Program-made: the position numbers and the translations under genes
The notes under the pieces: model-generated
Database searches by the model: none
What the model saw: only the letters and a program-made list of their open reading frames with translations
What the model was told of the DNA's origin: nothing
Shown: positions 19,520 through 30,360 of the stretch, piece by piece
Layout: every line of letters begins with the position of its first letter
Numbering within the stretch: position 1 is the first letter of the stretch
DNA from: an uncultured virus (IMG/VR IMGVR_UViG_3300042691_029418)
Lineage: Duplodnaviria > Heunggongvirae > Uroviricota > Caudoviricetes
DNA length: 64,000 nucleotides
Virus record (IMG/VR): IMGVR_UViG_3300042691_029418
Direction: 5' to 3' (one strand)

Positions 19520-21688
19520 TTAAACGTTACCAATTACTTCTTCAAAAGCAACACCAGTTCTGGTGGCAACGAAGGTAAGACCAATAAAGTTGATTGATCT
19601 TGCTGGTTTGATATAGATGTCAGCAACAAACTCATTATTATCAATCACAGCAGCAGTGTTGTTTGTTTCATCACAAATTACAACGTAATCAAAGATTCCT
19701 CTCTTTGCCTGAACATCACGGAGGAATGGTTCAATGATATTCACAAAATTGGTTCTTGTGATTTCATCATTGAATTCAAAGAGTTGGTCTCTTGCTGCAG
19801 CAGAAATCGCATCTTCCAAGTAAATAAACAGACGACGAACGTTAATTCTGTCAAATGCCGATGCTTTCGCAAGACCAGTCTTGTCTCCAAAGAGAACAAT
19901 GCCAGATCCTGGTGAGAAGATTACTGGGTTAATTCTATTGCTATAAAGACGATCTCTTTGAGTCTTCGATGGATTATATGCCAGTTTAACTGCATTCAGG
20001 ATTGCACCTCTTGTCGTTCCTGCAGGTGAGAACCAAGGGAAGTTATTAATATCATTGCGAGCACAGAGACCAGCAACGTCACCGTTTAAAGGAACATATC
20101 TGAAAGTGTTTGCAAATCTGTCATACATGTACTTATAACCACTATCAAATACTGCATAAGAAGATGATGTGACTGGAGCAAAGAAACTAATTACATTTGT
20201 TGTAATTGTATCATCATTTTCAATAGTAACTGTTCCTGTAGTGGTATCATTGATAAATGCTTGTCTGTAGGGTGAAATAAACGCAACTGAATCCTTTCTT
20301 GTTTCGGCAACTGCAATCAACTTATTAGCAAGTGCCTGTCCTTGCTCCTTAGAGTAATTCGCAGATCCCATGAGTAAGAAGTCTACAGAATAGTTTTCTG
20401 TATTTTCAAATAATCCATAACCAGTTACAATTTTATCAAGATCTGCAGAAAGTGCTTCGGTTGTGGCGATTCCAGTTTTTCCATTATAATCTGTACCACC
20501 AGTTAGTCTTTGGTTATAAGCACCAATTCCGTTAAAGATTGCTCCTTCGGCATCTTGATCCCAAGCATTATCGGTTGCAAGAGTGAACCCAGATGAATAA
20601 CCAGTTTGTACTGTTCCTGATGGTTGAGATCCAGCAAAGAGGTAATTTGAATTTTGTGCGAGGTACTTTCTCCAATATGAAGGAGATCCTGCAGAAAACT
20701 CTGCATCTTTTGCTTTCGAAAGTGAAAGATGCTTCTCAAGAATGGTTCCAGCATTTCCGGTAACCTTTCCATCACCATCAATTACAACAACATGTAGTTC
20801 ATCAAATCTAGCACCTCTTGCATCTGCGAATGCTGAAGTTGAAGGTCTATCCGCAACTGTGTTCCATTTAATTGAAACTTCAGTTGTTGCTCCACCGACA
20901 ACAGCAGTATTAGTTACAAGATCTTGTTGATCAAACCAATCTGAACTTGAAGTTGCAGTTGTGGTTGCATATGATGTTGTTGTTCCAGTTGTGTGGAATC
21001 CTACTGTTGCTGCATTAAAAGACCAAACTCCAGATGGTTGATAGTCAACAACTGTTTCTGTGTTACCTGCAGAAACATGAGAAAGAACTTTTACTTCAAT
21101 CTGACCAGGATTGATTTTAGTAATGACTCCTTTTAGGTATCCATCAAGTATAGATGTAGTTCCTACTCCTGGATTTACTCTACCTGAAACAGATTGAGTA
21201 ACTCCATATCCTACTGCTAAAGTTGAAGTACTAACACCAAGAATTTGATCTGCTCTTGCATCAAGGATACCAATTCTTAGACCGTTTGCCCATGATCCTG
21301 GGTTCTTGGCTGCAACAACGACTCCATTAATCGTGTTCTCGTCGTAACCAAGTTGCTCGTAGTGCTCGATACTCTTAATTTTAACTGTTCCACCGACACC
21401 AGCATTTGCAAATCCAGTGTCATCTGCTCTAACAACACGTAGAGCACCACCATATGCTAAAAACGATGATGCTGTTAACCAATGCTCATAGTGCTTATCA
21501 GTCGAGTATGACTTACCAAAAAGGTCAAGCAAATCTTTCTCAGTCTGAACTAGTGTAGGTAATTCTACTGGACCCTTTTCGAAAGGTCCTACAATTGCTC
21601 CAATTTTATCAGATGTTGGATCTACTCTTCCAACAGTTAAATCCACTTCTCTTACTAAAATTCCAGGAGATGCTAAATTTAGTGGCAT
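19520..21688 (-). CDS. gp18: Tail sheath protein
   Basis: SPG...EVD N-terminus; PWFSPAG, FDRINVRRLF, IKPARSINFI. Confidence 0.98.
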   Translation of the reverse strand: MPLNLASPGILVREVDLTVGRVDPTSDKIGAIVGPFEKGPVELPTLVQTEKDLLDLFGKSYSTDKHYEHWLTASSFLAYGGALRVVRADDTGFANAGVGGTVKIKSIEHYEQLGYDENTINGVVVAAKNPGSWANGLRIGILDARADQILGVSTSTLAVGYGVTQSVSGRVNPGVGTTSILDGYLKGVITKINPGQIEVKVLSHVSAGNTETVVDYQPSGVWSFNAATVGFHTTGTTTSYATTTATSSSDWFDQQDLVTNTAVVGGATTEVSIKWNTVADRPSTSAFADARGARFDELHVVVIDGDGKVTGNAGTILEKHLSLSKAKDAEFSAGSPSYWRKYLAQNSNYLFAGSQPSGTVQTGYSSGFTLATDNAWDQDAEGAIFNGIGAYNQRLTGGTDYNGKTGIATTEALSADLDKIVTGYGLFENTENYSVDFLLMGSANYSKEQGQALANKLIAVAETRKDSVAFISPYRQAFINDTTTGTVTIENDDTITTNVISFFAPVTSSSYAVFDSGYKYMYDRFANTFRYVPLNGDVAGLCARNDINNFPWFSPAGTTRGAILNAVKLAYNPSKTQRDRLYSNRINPVIFSPGSGIVLFGDKTGLAKASAFDRINVRRLFIYLEDAISAAARDQLFEFNDEITRTNFVNIIEPFLRDVQAKRGIFDYVVICDETNNTAAVIDNNEFVADIYIKPARSINFIGLTFVATRTGVAFEEVIGNV

Positions 21689-21772
21689 CTTGATTCCCCT
21701 CGCAATCCAAATTTATCTAGAAATATTTATTAAAACCACTACTTCCAACGGGGAAACGATGCGTGAACATCA

Positions 21773-22003
21773 CTACCAGTCAGGATACTCCCATTTGAAT
21801 GAATTTATTTTTAATCTTCTAGTCTCAGTAATTCTTTTTACCGTGCATTCTTTACACTCATAAGAATATGCAGATGTAAATGTAGACTTATTTTTTCTTG
21901 TCAGATAAAAATCGTCCATTAAACTTTTGACTTTTCCACAGACTCTACACTTTCGATCAAAGAATAGTAAATGTTCTAATTCTATTTGATCATCTAAATC
22001 CAT
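21773..22003 (-). CDS. Small CxxC...CxxC zinc-binding protein
   Basis: CRVC...CKEC. Confidence 0.65.
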   Translation of the reverse strand: MDLDDQIELEHLLFFDRKCRVCGKVKSLMDDFYLTRKNKSTFTSAYSYECKECTVKRITETRRLKINSFKWEYPDW

Positions 22004-23650
22004 CTAACGATATTCCCACATGTAAGATCTGTCTCCATACTCATCTACATACCATCGATCTCCATCTTGATCGACAAAACTAGATTCATCTATCCCATCA
22101 ACAATAAATCCAAAAGGTGACATATCTTGCTCAATCTGATTTTTTTGTTCTTCGTAAATTCTCTTACGAACATCATTGTCTGTCATCTCTTTGAAATAGT
22201 CCTGGGCGACCAACCAAGAGAAGATAACAAGACACATTGCCAAGTCATCATTACAACCCTCTTCTGCCTCAAAGGAGTTATGTCTCTGAGCAAATGTGGT
22301 TAACTCTGATATGATGTCATAATCAACGGTTAGTAACTTATCATCCTCCATCAAAGTTTTTAAGTTTGAACATCCTAACTTTTTGACTGCCGCAGTCATA
22401 CGAACACCAAGTTGAGATTTCTTGCCACTAAATCCAGAACCAACAATCTGACCTGCACGACCACGCATTGCACACATCAGAACATTATCATATTCCAAAT
22501 CGAAGTGGAGAATACTTGCTACCTGATCTCCAATATCATTGACTTCAACTAACAACCAAGCATCATTATATCCTTTGGCAACTTCATAAATGATACTTGG
22601 AAACAACATTGGTTTGATTTCATTATTTCTATATTTTGCTACCACTTTATATGGGAAGTTTGTAATATCAAAAACAATAAATGCCGAGTAATCATTACCA
22701 AGACCACGAGCAACGTCTACTGTAATTAAGTAGTTATTTTCCTCTTGCGGTTGTTCGTAGATGTCCAATCCAGCATTTCTTTTTATCGGATCTTCATAAA
22801 CAAAATTTCTAAGTTTTGATGGATTAATCAGAGTATTAACAGATCCTAAGAATTCACATTCAAACTCAACTTTGAATTGTTGTTCGGAAGTGTTTGCAAT
22901 TGTCTGTTCCTTCCATGCTTGGTCTCTACCAGGCACCTCAGACCAATGAACATCTGTTGGTACATATTCGTTCTTGCCCCTCTCAGAGTCATGCCACATA
23001 CGGTAGAAATGATTCATACCACGTGGCGTAGATACAATAATTACCTTCGTGCTTTGTCCAGAAGAAATAGTAGGATAAACAGAGGCAAAGAAGTCATCAG
23101 CAATGTGATTCGGAATGAACGCAAATTCGTCCAAAAAGATGACATTATAAGATCCGCCTCGGACAGCAGATGACGAAGTAGAGTTAGATGAAATTTTGGA
23201 GCCATTTTCTAGTTCCAGAGATCCTTTGTTCCACGATATAATTCCCTGTTGCATCCACTTGGGTAGATTCTCATAAGCAAGTTGCAATCTTCCAAGAAGG
23301 TCTCTTGCAGTAGATGCTTTGTTCGCTAGGATGGCAATATTAACATTATCATTAAAGACAGCATAATGTAACAAATATGAGACAACAGTTGTAGATTTAC
23401 CCGTTTGTCGTGGCATCTTACAGATATTAAATCTGTTCTCGTGGAAGTTCTTTACAAGTTTCTCTTGAAATGGATACATCTCAAAAGGAACCAGACCGTG
23501 ATCCAAAGAAACAATCTTAATATAATTCTTTGCGAAATATACAGGATCCTCTTTACACTTTAAGAACTCAATAATTTGTTCTTCCGTAAATTGAATTTGT
23601 GTATTTGCTTTCTTAAGGTTTGGATTTCCCAAATATACATTATCTGCCAT
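22004..23650 (-). CDS. gp17: Terminase large subunit
   Basis: PRQTGKST, FLDEFAF, VSTP, TVDVARG, DDLAM. Confidence 0.98.
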   Translation of the reverse strand: MADNVYLGNPNLKKANTQIQFTEEQIIEFLKCKEDPVYFAKNYIKIVSLDHGLVPFEMYPFQEKLVKNFHENRFNICKMPRQTGKSTTVVSYLLHYAVFNDNVNIAILANKASTARDLLGRLQLAYENLPKWMQQGIISWNKGSLELENGSKISSNSTSSSAVRGGSYNVIFLDEFAFIPNHIADDFFASVYPTISSGQSTKVIIVSTPRGMNHFYRMWHDSERGKNEYVPTDVHWSEVPGRDQAWKEQTIANTSEQQFKVEFECEFLGSVNTLINPSKLRNFVYEDPIKRNAGLDIYEQPQEENNYLITVDVARGLGNDYSAFIVFDITNFPYKVVAKYRNNEIKPMLFPSIIYEVAKGYNDAWLLVEVNDIGDQVASILHFDLEYDNVLMCAMRGRAGQIVGSGFSGKKSQLGVRMTAAVKKLGCSNLKTLMEDDKLLTVDYDIISELTTFAQRHNSFEAEEGCNDDLAMCLVIFSWLVAQDYFKEMTDNDVRKRIYEEQKNQIEQDMSPFGFIVDGIDESSFVDQDGDRWYVDEYGDRSYMWEYR

Positions 23651-23657
23651 AAAAAAA

Positions 23658-24932
23658 TTACCTTTGTTCCAACCAGTTCATAACCGCAAGTGCTGCTTTG
23701 TTAGTATTAGGTGAGGCACATACAAGAGTGTAAATATCACTAATTGTTCCAATACCACTTCTACCAATCTGCAGTTGTGCTTTATCATCAATGACTACCT
23801 GACTTCCTCCACCACCAACAACAAATCCACTCAAAAGAACTTTACCCCCAGTAAAAGAAGTTGCAGTGGTATCATATTGAGTAATTGCATCTGAGTTTGC
23901 GTGGTCTGTAAATGCTGCACCGACTAGAGTTGGGTTCTCAACTAATCTCCAGAAGATATTGGTGTTATCATTGGTAGATACTTGAAGTGACCTTGGAATT
24001 ACAACACCACTCAGACAACTTGGTTTAAGACGAAGACTGAGAATTGGATAAAAAGTATTTGCAACTGCCATCGTTGTCCCAGTAATCGGATTACCTTGAC
24101 TGATAAGAGTTCCAAGTTTTTCTGGTTCTCCTTCTTGAGAAAGTGAATTAGAACCCTGATACATGTAATGAGTTCCTGCAACACCAGTTACATTTTCAAT
24201 TTCGCAACGAATTGGTAAGAATGGAGTTCCACACCATAATTGATTTATTTTGTTTGCATGTTGGAATTTGTGAACTGTATGAGTTTCTCCATCAATACTA
24301 AAAGTAAAAATAACTTCACCTGCACCATACCACTCATATTCAATATTAATCATCTGTTGTGCGGTTGGACTTGCAGTGATTTGACTTGGACCATTACCAT
24401 CCAACTTATCACCATTCCAGTTTTCTCTAGTTATTCTAGTTTCTGTAGTAATTCCTGTTGTTGTGCTACGAACTACACAAGAATAAGTTCCACCATTGTC
24501 CTCAAAAAAAGCACCATTCTTTTCATCAAACACTCCAAATCTTCTACGAATTCCTACTACTGGAGTATCTAAACGAATTGCAAAAGATATTGTAGATGTT
24601 CTGCCAGGAATATAACGCATTACATGTCTGGTTTGTCGGATCACTTTGGAACCTGTTGTGACTCCAACAGACATTGTAACATTGGATGCATTGATATTAT
24701 GTACTGCAGAAGCAATACCTACGATTGATGTGTCCCATACATCAGTCTCTAGACCATACTGGAAAGTATTGAAAAATGTTGTCTGGTATGGCGATACCTT
24801 AAATCGGTTCTTTCCTGTAAATGAAGGTCTCCAATCAGTCTGTTCACCCCAGTGATCTGCGATGTTAACAACTTCAAATAAGGATCTTTCTTGATCTAGA
24901 AAGTCCTGTGTTTTTTTATTCCACTGAGCCAT
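23658..24932 (-). CDS. Hypothetical beta-rich protein (possibly structural)
   Basis: 424-aa ORF between gp16 and gp17. Confidence 0.6.
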   Translation of the reverse strand: MAQWNKKTQDFLDQERSLFEVVNIADHWGEQTDWRPSFTGKNRFKVSPYQTTFFNTFQYGLETDVWDTSIVGIASAVHNINASNVTMSVGVTTGSKVIRQTRHVMRYIPGRTSTISFAIRLDTPVVGIRRRFGVFDEKNGAFFEDNGGTYSCVVRSTTTGITTETRITRENWNGDKLDGNGPSQITASPTAQQMINIEYEWYGAGEVIFTFSIDGETHTVHKFQHANKINQLWCGTPFLPIRCEIENVTGVAGTHYMYQGSNSLSQEGEPEKLGTLISQGNPITGTTMAVANTFYPILSLRLKPSCLSGVVIPRSLQVSTNDNTNIFWRLVENPTLVGAAFTDHANSDAITQYDTTATSFTGGKVLLSGFVVGGGGSQVVIDDKAQLQIGRSGIGTISDIYTLVCASPNTNKAALAVMNWLEQR

Positions 24933-24934
24933 AA

Positions 24935-25252
24935 TTAATCAGTCCAAGTTAGTCTTTCTGGTTGATATCTTTGTGAATTTTTGATTCTTAAAGAACTTTG
25001 AGCTTGTGATGGATAAATGTTGTGAACAATTGCTCCAGGATACTCACCCTGAAGTTGTTCAGCAAGAGCGTTCTTATCCATCATAGAACCCTCCACTTCC
25101 AAACGATACATCTTTCCTTCCCAAACTACATCAGCAAAGAAAGATTCTCCGACAGACTCTGATTGTGGTTCAGAACTATTGATGTAAAGATTGCCGTTAA
25201 AATCTCCGGCAATGTTTACAGCTTCTGATAGAAATTGATTGAATGATTTCAT
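24935..25252 (-). CDS. Hypothetical protein with capsid-targeting-like N-terminus
   Basis: Starts MKSFNQFLSEA. Confidence 0.6.
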   Translation of the reverse strand: MKSFNQFLSEAVNIAGDFNGNLYINSSEPQSESVGESFFADVVWEGKMYRLEVEGSMMDKNALAEQLQGEYPGAIVHNIYPSQAQSSLRIKNSQRYQPERLTWTD

Positions 25253-26859
25253 TAGTTACAGTTCCAACGACGGAGGGCTTTGTTAATTCTGGAATCTGGA
25301 TCTCTTGAGGTTTCAGCAGATGTGAGTTTTTCTTTCATACCTTTCATACGACGACAGAATGAAGCACGACGTTTTGCTCTTTTACCTTCTGGATTTTTTT
25401 CAGTCACTGCAGTCTGAAGTTTGGAACCGGGATTCTCACGACGATATGCATTAACTGCTTTTTGACTTAGACCATCAGTTTTATCTTTACGATTAACTGA
25501 TTGCCAGTCTTCGGCAAGTTCCTCTCTCCAATTCGAGTAACCCTCTTTTACACAACGATTATAAGTTTTTCCAAACAACTTTTGAGTTCCTACTTTTTTA
25601 TACCCTGGCCAACACTTCTTTGCCTCATCGACATTATGTTCTCCACTTTCAACATAATCTGCTGCTGTGTCCAAATAGTCTGCTGCTTTGGTAATTTTTG
25701 ACTGAACCCAAGCTTCTAGTGATCCTTCACCTTTACCCATCTTTTTCTTCAGTCTTTTTGCTGCAGAGATGATTGTAGAAATCTCTGAACGAGCCATTGA
25801 ATATTCATGATCCTTCTGCTCATTTGTGGGATGTGGTTTATTTGGATCATACTTCATTCGATTTGCAACTAATATTTCTGGGAGATCTATGGGTTGAGAA
25901 AACATATCCCAATATTTTGGTCCGTATTTGCACTCTTCTCTCATTTCACCTTTTTGGCAAGCAGGGCAATATCTTACTTCATCGACTGCTTCAGATTTAG
26001 TACCCCAACTATCAGCACCAACTTTGCGACATTTTACAAGTGCTCCAGATGCATATGCACTTGGCCAAACTTTATATCTAGATTTAACTTTATGATAGCA
26101 AGCATCCTTTTTTGCTGCCTTTTCTGCTTCTTGTAAATCTAATTCTTCCTTCATTTTTTTCTTTGGTCTATCTGTCGAAACATAAGTTGGTTTTGCAGCA
26201 CCAGTTTTTTGTTGTTGTCCTGGATCTGCCGCTTTCTTTCTTCTTGCTGCGGATAATCTTTCTGCTTTTGTCATACTTGCTCTTTTCGCAGAAGACACGC
26301 ATTTTGGTGTTCCTTCTCCAGGTTCATCACTGGCACAAGTTCCGCCAGTTACAACATTAACCCAACCAGGTTTTCCATCTTTTGATTTAGACTTTCCGAA
26401 CCAATCACGAAGACCCTCCTCGTTCATAGTCTCTTCATATGCCATACCTCTTCTAGTATGTTTTAATTCACCCTTTTGTTTGGCAATTAACTTTTTAGAA
26501 TATTCTTGTGCTTTTACTGCACTCGAAACATTTTCATCCGGAGTTTTTTTGCCTGGTTTGTCATACACGTCAATATCACCATCAGCATCTCTATCAACAT
26601 ATTGATGAACGGTATGATGAACCAAGTGCTTTAGATCGAGATTTGGATCAAGTTGATGTTGAGACTTGGAAAGATGCTTTGTTTTGTGTGTGAATTTTGT
26701 ATATGAAGTTACTTCGTTTGATTCTTTGAATGGTGATTTTGACACTGTTTCTTCACCTTTTGATCTTTTTTTGCGAGCAGCACAATGAGCCTTTTGCGAG
26801 AATCCTTGAGGACTATCACAGTCTATTGATCTTTTATACTTATCAGACCAGCTCATCAA
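25252..26859 (-). CDS. Modular basic Cys-containing protein (DUF5872/DUF6321-like modules)
   Basis: Series of short basic modules separated by Glu-rich linkers; CTAAATA at 26879-26885. Confidence 0.7.
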   Translation of the reverse strand: MMSWSDKYKRSIDCDSPQGFSQKAHCAARKKRSKGEETVSKSPFKESNEVTSYTKFTHKTKHLSKSQHQLDPNLDLKHLVHHTVHQYVDRDADGDIDVYDKPGKKTPDENVSSAVKAQEYSKKLIAKQKGELKHTRRGMAYEETMNEEGLRDWFGKSKSKDGKPGWVNVVTGGTCASDEPGEGTPKCVSSAKRASMTKAERLSAARRKKAADPGQQQKTGAAKPTYVSTDRPKKKMKEELDLQEAEKAAKKDACYHKVKSRYKVWPSAYASGALVKCRKVGADSWGTKSEAVDEVRYCPACQKGEMREECKYGPKYWDMFSQPIDLPEILVANRMKYDPNKPHPTNEQKDHEYSMARSEISTIISAAKRLKKKMGKGEGSLEAWVQSKITKAADYLDTAADYVESGEHNVDEAKKCWPGYKKVGTQKLFGKTYNRCVKEGYSNWREELAEDWQSVNRKDKTDGLSQKAVNAYRRENPGSKLQTAVTEKNPEGKRAKRRASFCRRMKGMKEKLTSAETSRDPDSRINKALRRWNCN

Positions 26860-26868
26860 CTTTTACAT

Positions 26869-27300
26869 CTACTCCTTATTATTTAGAAAACCTTGTTTGA
26901 GTAGTTTTGAGAGTTCTGATGTTGATCCAACAAAAACTGCATTGTTTGTCACATTATTTGTTGTTTTGACCGATTCATCTTCAACTTCTTTGAGTTTCTT
27001 TTGAAGGTCTATAAGTTTATCTGTAACGTCTCCAACACTTTTTATTAATTGTCCAGCAACTTCATATGCTCTTGGACTACCACCTTCACCGGCAAGTTCC
27101 ATGATCCCATTAATAGCTTCTTGACCCTTTTCAATTAATGAATACAAATTTGCACGAGTATATTCATAATCTTTTTGAATATCATCAGATTTGATTGGTG
27201 ATATGTTTAAATCTTCCTTTACCTTTTCTATCTCTACAATATCGCTCGTGATATTAAGGGCAGAATCTAAATTGTCATAATTATTTTTCATAATCATCAA
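26869..27300 (-). CDS. gp16: Terminase small subunit
   Basis: DYEYTRANLY...SPRAYEV...VFVGSTSEL. Confidence 0.93.
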   Translation of the reverse strand: MMIMKNNYDNLDSALNITSDIVEIEKVKEDLNISPIKSDDIQKDYEYTRANLYSLIEKGQEAINGIMELAGEGGSPRAYEVAGQLIKSVGDVTDKLIDLQKKLKEVEDESVKTTNNVTNNAVFVGSTSELSKLLKQGFLNNKE

Positions 27301-28094
27301 ATATCAACTTGTTTTGTTGGACTATAAACTTTAGAGTCTGTGAAAGTTTCCCATGTTTCCGTAAATCCAAAGTCATCATCAGGATCTACATTAATTGGAT
27401 CTGGAACAACCGTGTATCTCATTTCTCTCTTTGCAGTTGTAAGATCGGTGCTCATATGAGTATCTACCTGCACCTTTCTGATAAGACCATCAGTTGTCTC
27501 CGCAATAGGACCAAACAGATATGTCTTTGCGGTAAATCTCAAAGTATAGATTAAGGCTCTTCTTGTGGAAAAATCTCCCTCATAATCATCTTGAAAATTT
27601 ACAGAATCCAATACAATCGGAATATCTCTTTTTTCTCCAATTGCATCTACTAAATCAATTGTAATATTAAAAGATGGTTGAAAATAAGGTAAAATTTGTT
27701 CCACAATCTGTAGAGCATCATCATTCAATTTTGTTAAAATATTGAGTTCAAACCCTATATTATATGGAACAGGCATAAAGACTTTTTTTAGATTATTGCC
27801 ATCTAATGCTTTAAAAGTTTGAGTCACTCCAGATTTTCTTGTTGGATCGTATTGGATGGAAATCATTTCAAATGACATCCTTGGTAAAGTAATCGCAATG
27901 GGTTTAGTCAGTTCTGCCTGCTGCTCAATTTTTGCTAGGAACTTTTGCATAGGTCCATATGCAATCCCAACTTTTGTTTCATCCAAAGTTTGGTTTTGTT
28001 TGTTTTTATGTCGAATGTAAATGTCATTAAATAATGTTCCAAAACCAATAATAGTTTTTCTAATAATCTCGTGATAATAATATGTTCCTAACAT
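27297..28094 (-). CDS. gp15: Tail sheath stabilizer / completion protein
   Basis: FGTLFN, LPRMSFE, QIVEQILPYFQP. Confidence 0.95.
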   Translation of the reverse strand: MLGTYYYHEIIRKTIIGFGTLFNDIYIRHKNKQNQTLDETKVGIAYGPMQKFLAKIEQQAELTKPIAITLPRMSFEMISIQYDPTRKSGVTQTFKALDGNNLKKVFMPVPYNIGFELNILTKLNDDALQIVEQILPYFQPSFNITIDLVDAIGEKRDIPIVLDSVNFQDDYEGDFSTRRALIYTLRFTAKTYLFGPIAETTDGLIRKVQVDTHMSTDLTTAKREMRYTVVPDPINVDPDDDFGFTETWETFTDSKVYSPTKQVDI

Positions 28095-29521
28095 TAATAA
28101 TCTCCAAATGGATTAGATTCTGAAAAATCAATAATTAAATCTGCTGCTTCTTCAATTTCTTCGTTCTCATCATAAGGATCTTCATAACTATCCGTATCAT
28201 AAGATTTTGTCAGATATCTAGCAGACGATATCCCTCCGACAATAACTTCACCCGGATAAAATTTACCATTATTTATAGCAACTCTCAAATAAGTAACTGC
28301 AGGGACACCAGGAAAATCGGATATAACTGTTCTAAAGTCTCTTATTCTTGCTACAGTCCCTGATGTTTGTCCCGTAACAGTTTCATTGTAAATAAATGTT
28401 CCGACACCAATAGACGTAGACATACCAGAAATAGTAACAGATGGAGATACAGTATAACCATAACCAGTATTCGAGAATCTTAGTTCAGACACAGCACCAT
28501 TCGAAATTGCAGGATCAATTATCGCAGTCACTCCAACAGATGGTCCACCAATACTTACAATAGGTTTGGTAAAGTATCCACTTCCACCATTTAAAGTAAA
28601 ACTTGCAACGCCATTGTTAACAATAAGTGCGGTAGCGGCTGCTCCAACTCCATTTCCTCCAGTAATCGTGACAGTTGGTGGATTTGTTGATGTATATCCA
28701 GATCCTGGATTTGTAATCAAGATAGATTGGATTGATTTAATTCCACCTCTTGATGTTGTTATTGCTACTGCTGATGCATTTATTCCTGATGGTGATGTAG
28801 ATATAGAAACTGTGGGAGTTGAAGTGTAACCAGATCCGTCATTTGTTAAAATGATCTGACCAACCATTCCTACTCCACCTAAAGATGCAGTAGCAGTTGC
28901 AGTTATCGCAGAACCCACAAGAGTAAGTGTTGTGATATAACCCTCGTCTTCTACTGTATTGTCAACTTCCTCTATATCAGTATCAATGAGTTCATTCTCA
29001 TACTCATAAAGTTCGCAACTTAATTCATAGATGTAATTTTTTCCTAATTGATAGAAAGGTTTTTCCGACTCTACTCTTTTGATTTCGAACAATCTTTCTC
29101 CTAAAGGAAAATAAATTAAATCACCTTCTTTTGGTCTTTGAATTAAATCTCCAAAATCATAACCGATAATCCTACCTTCCCTAATACCAGATGCTATTCC
29201 CTCAAGAAATGGTGAAATAAATTCTTCGAATCTTTCTCTAGAGATAATCAAATTTATTTCATTTTTTAATGTCAATCCAAATTTTGACATTACATCAGAT
29301 CCTGGAGCGTATCCATCATAGTTGTTGAGATATGCTTCTATGATAAAGTTATCATCAAATTTAGATGACTGAACTTCTCTAATAATATCATCCGATTTTA
29401 AAATTTTTCTAGGTAAGTAATAAACTTCAATTCCATACATTCTCAACTGTTCGTTGATCAAATCTTGAATGAGAAACTGCTCACTATTAGATCCTTGTAA
29501 AAAAAATGGATTTAATGCCAT
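28094..29521 (-). CDS. gp14: Neck protein with inserted GSGY repeat domains
   Basis: YYLPR, SKFG, PKEGDLIYFP, FYQLG, FSESNPFG. Confidence 0.92.
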   Translation of the reverse strand: MALNPFFLQGSNSEQFLIQDLINEQLRMYGIEVYYLPRKILKSDDIIREVQSSKFDDNFIIEAYLNNYDGYAPGSDVMSKFGLTLKNEINLIISRERFEEFISPFLEGIASGIREGRIIGYDFGDLIQRPKEGDLIYFPLGERLFEIKRVESEKPFYQLGKNYIYELSCELYEYENELIDTDIEEVDNTVEDEGYITTLTLVGSAITATATASLGGVGMVGQIILTNDGSGYTSTPTVSISTSPSGINASAVAITTSRGGIKSIQSILITNPGSGYTSTNPPTVTITGGNGVGAAATALIVNNGVASFTLNGGSGYFTKPIVSIGGPSVGVTAIIDPAISNGAVSELRFSNTGYGYTVSPSVTISGMSTSIGVGTFIYNETVTGQTSGTVARIRDFRTVISDFPGVPAVTYLRVAINNGKFYPGEVIVGGISSARYLTKSYDTDSYEDPYDENEEIEEAADLIIDFSESNPFGDY

Positions 29522-29523
29522 AA

Positions 29524-30360
29524 TTATCCAATAAAATCGTAAGGAGGTAGTTCGTATTCGAGAGTCATTCTCTGTTTAATATCTTCTAGTTCTCTTTCCG
29601 CATCTTCATATAACTGTCTGCCATTCAATTCAATTCCTCCAGGTAATTTTACTCCTTGAAATTTAATTAAGTTTTGCCCCCATTGCTTTTTGATGAGTGC
29701 TGTTAGATATTTTTTAATAAAACTATCATTATAAACATTAGTAAAGGTATTTGGATCCAAAATTCTGTAGCAATCAATGACGATAAAGGTATTTGGAGTT
29801 TGTGATGCCCAATCAATATCTAGATACAGTCTATTTTGTCTTTTATTAAACCTTACTTGCTTATCAGTCGTTAGTAGAAAATCAATATCTTCCAAATATG
29901 ATTTAACCATGGAATATTGCAAAAGTTCAACAGAGTTAAAATAATAAAGATCGTTCAAGAATAGTTGATACTTAATACTGAACATTCCACCAGAAATTGA
30001 ACTGGTATCAAATCTGAATATTTTTTCTATCCCAATTACGGAGTCTGGAACCTGAATATAATTTGATGCTTCGTAAAAATTAAATGTTGTACTAGCAATA
30101 CCGACTGAAGTTCCAGTTGTAGTTACAACACCAACACCATTAGTGTTTCTTCCTCTTCCCCTATCAATATCATCTTGTGTAATTTTATACTTCAAATACA
30201 TTCTCTCAACACCATCAAAGTGTCTTTCCTGAAAGTATTGTAATGCATCATCAACTAAGTCATCAATTTGATCATCATCCACGTTAATTTCTAAAACTGG
30301 AGCACCCAGTCTTCTTAGACAATAATCAATTAATCCTTGTCTGCTAGTTGGTTTAGCCAT
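29524..30360 (-). CDS. gp13: Neck protein
   Basis: YCLRRLGAPVLEINV, QWGQNL.KF..LPGG. Confidence 0.95.
   Translation of the reverse strand: MAKPTSRQGLIDYCLRRLGAPVLEINVDDDQIDDLVDDALQYFQERHFDGVERMYLKYKITQDDIDRGRGRNTNGVGVVTTTGTSVGIASTTFNFYEASNYIQVPDSVIGIEKIFRFDTSSISGGMFSIKYQLFLNDLYYFNSVELLQYSMVKSYLEDIDFLLTTDKQVRFNKRQNRLYLDIDWASQTPNTFIVIDCYRILDPNTFTNVYNDSFIKKYLTALIKKQWGQNLIKFQGVKLPGGIELNGRQLYEDAERELEDIKQRMTLEYELPPYDFIG

Noticed and set aside
10930..23650. Introns or inteins in uvsW, gp20, gp17 or gp23
   Set aside because: ORFs are continuous and of normal length
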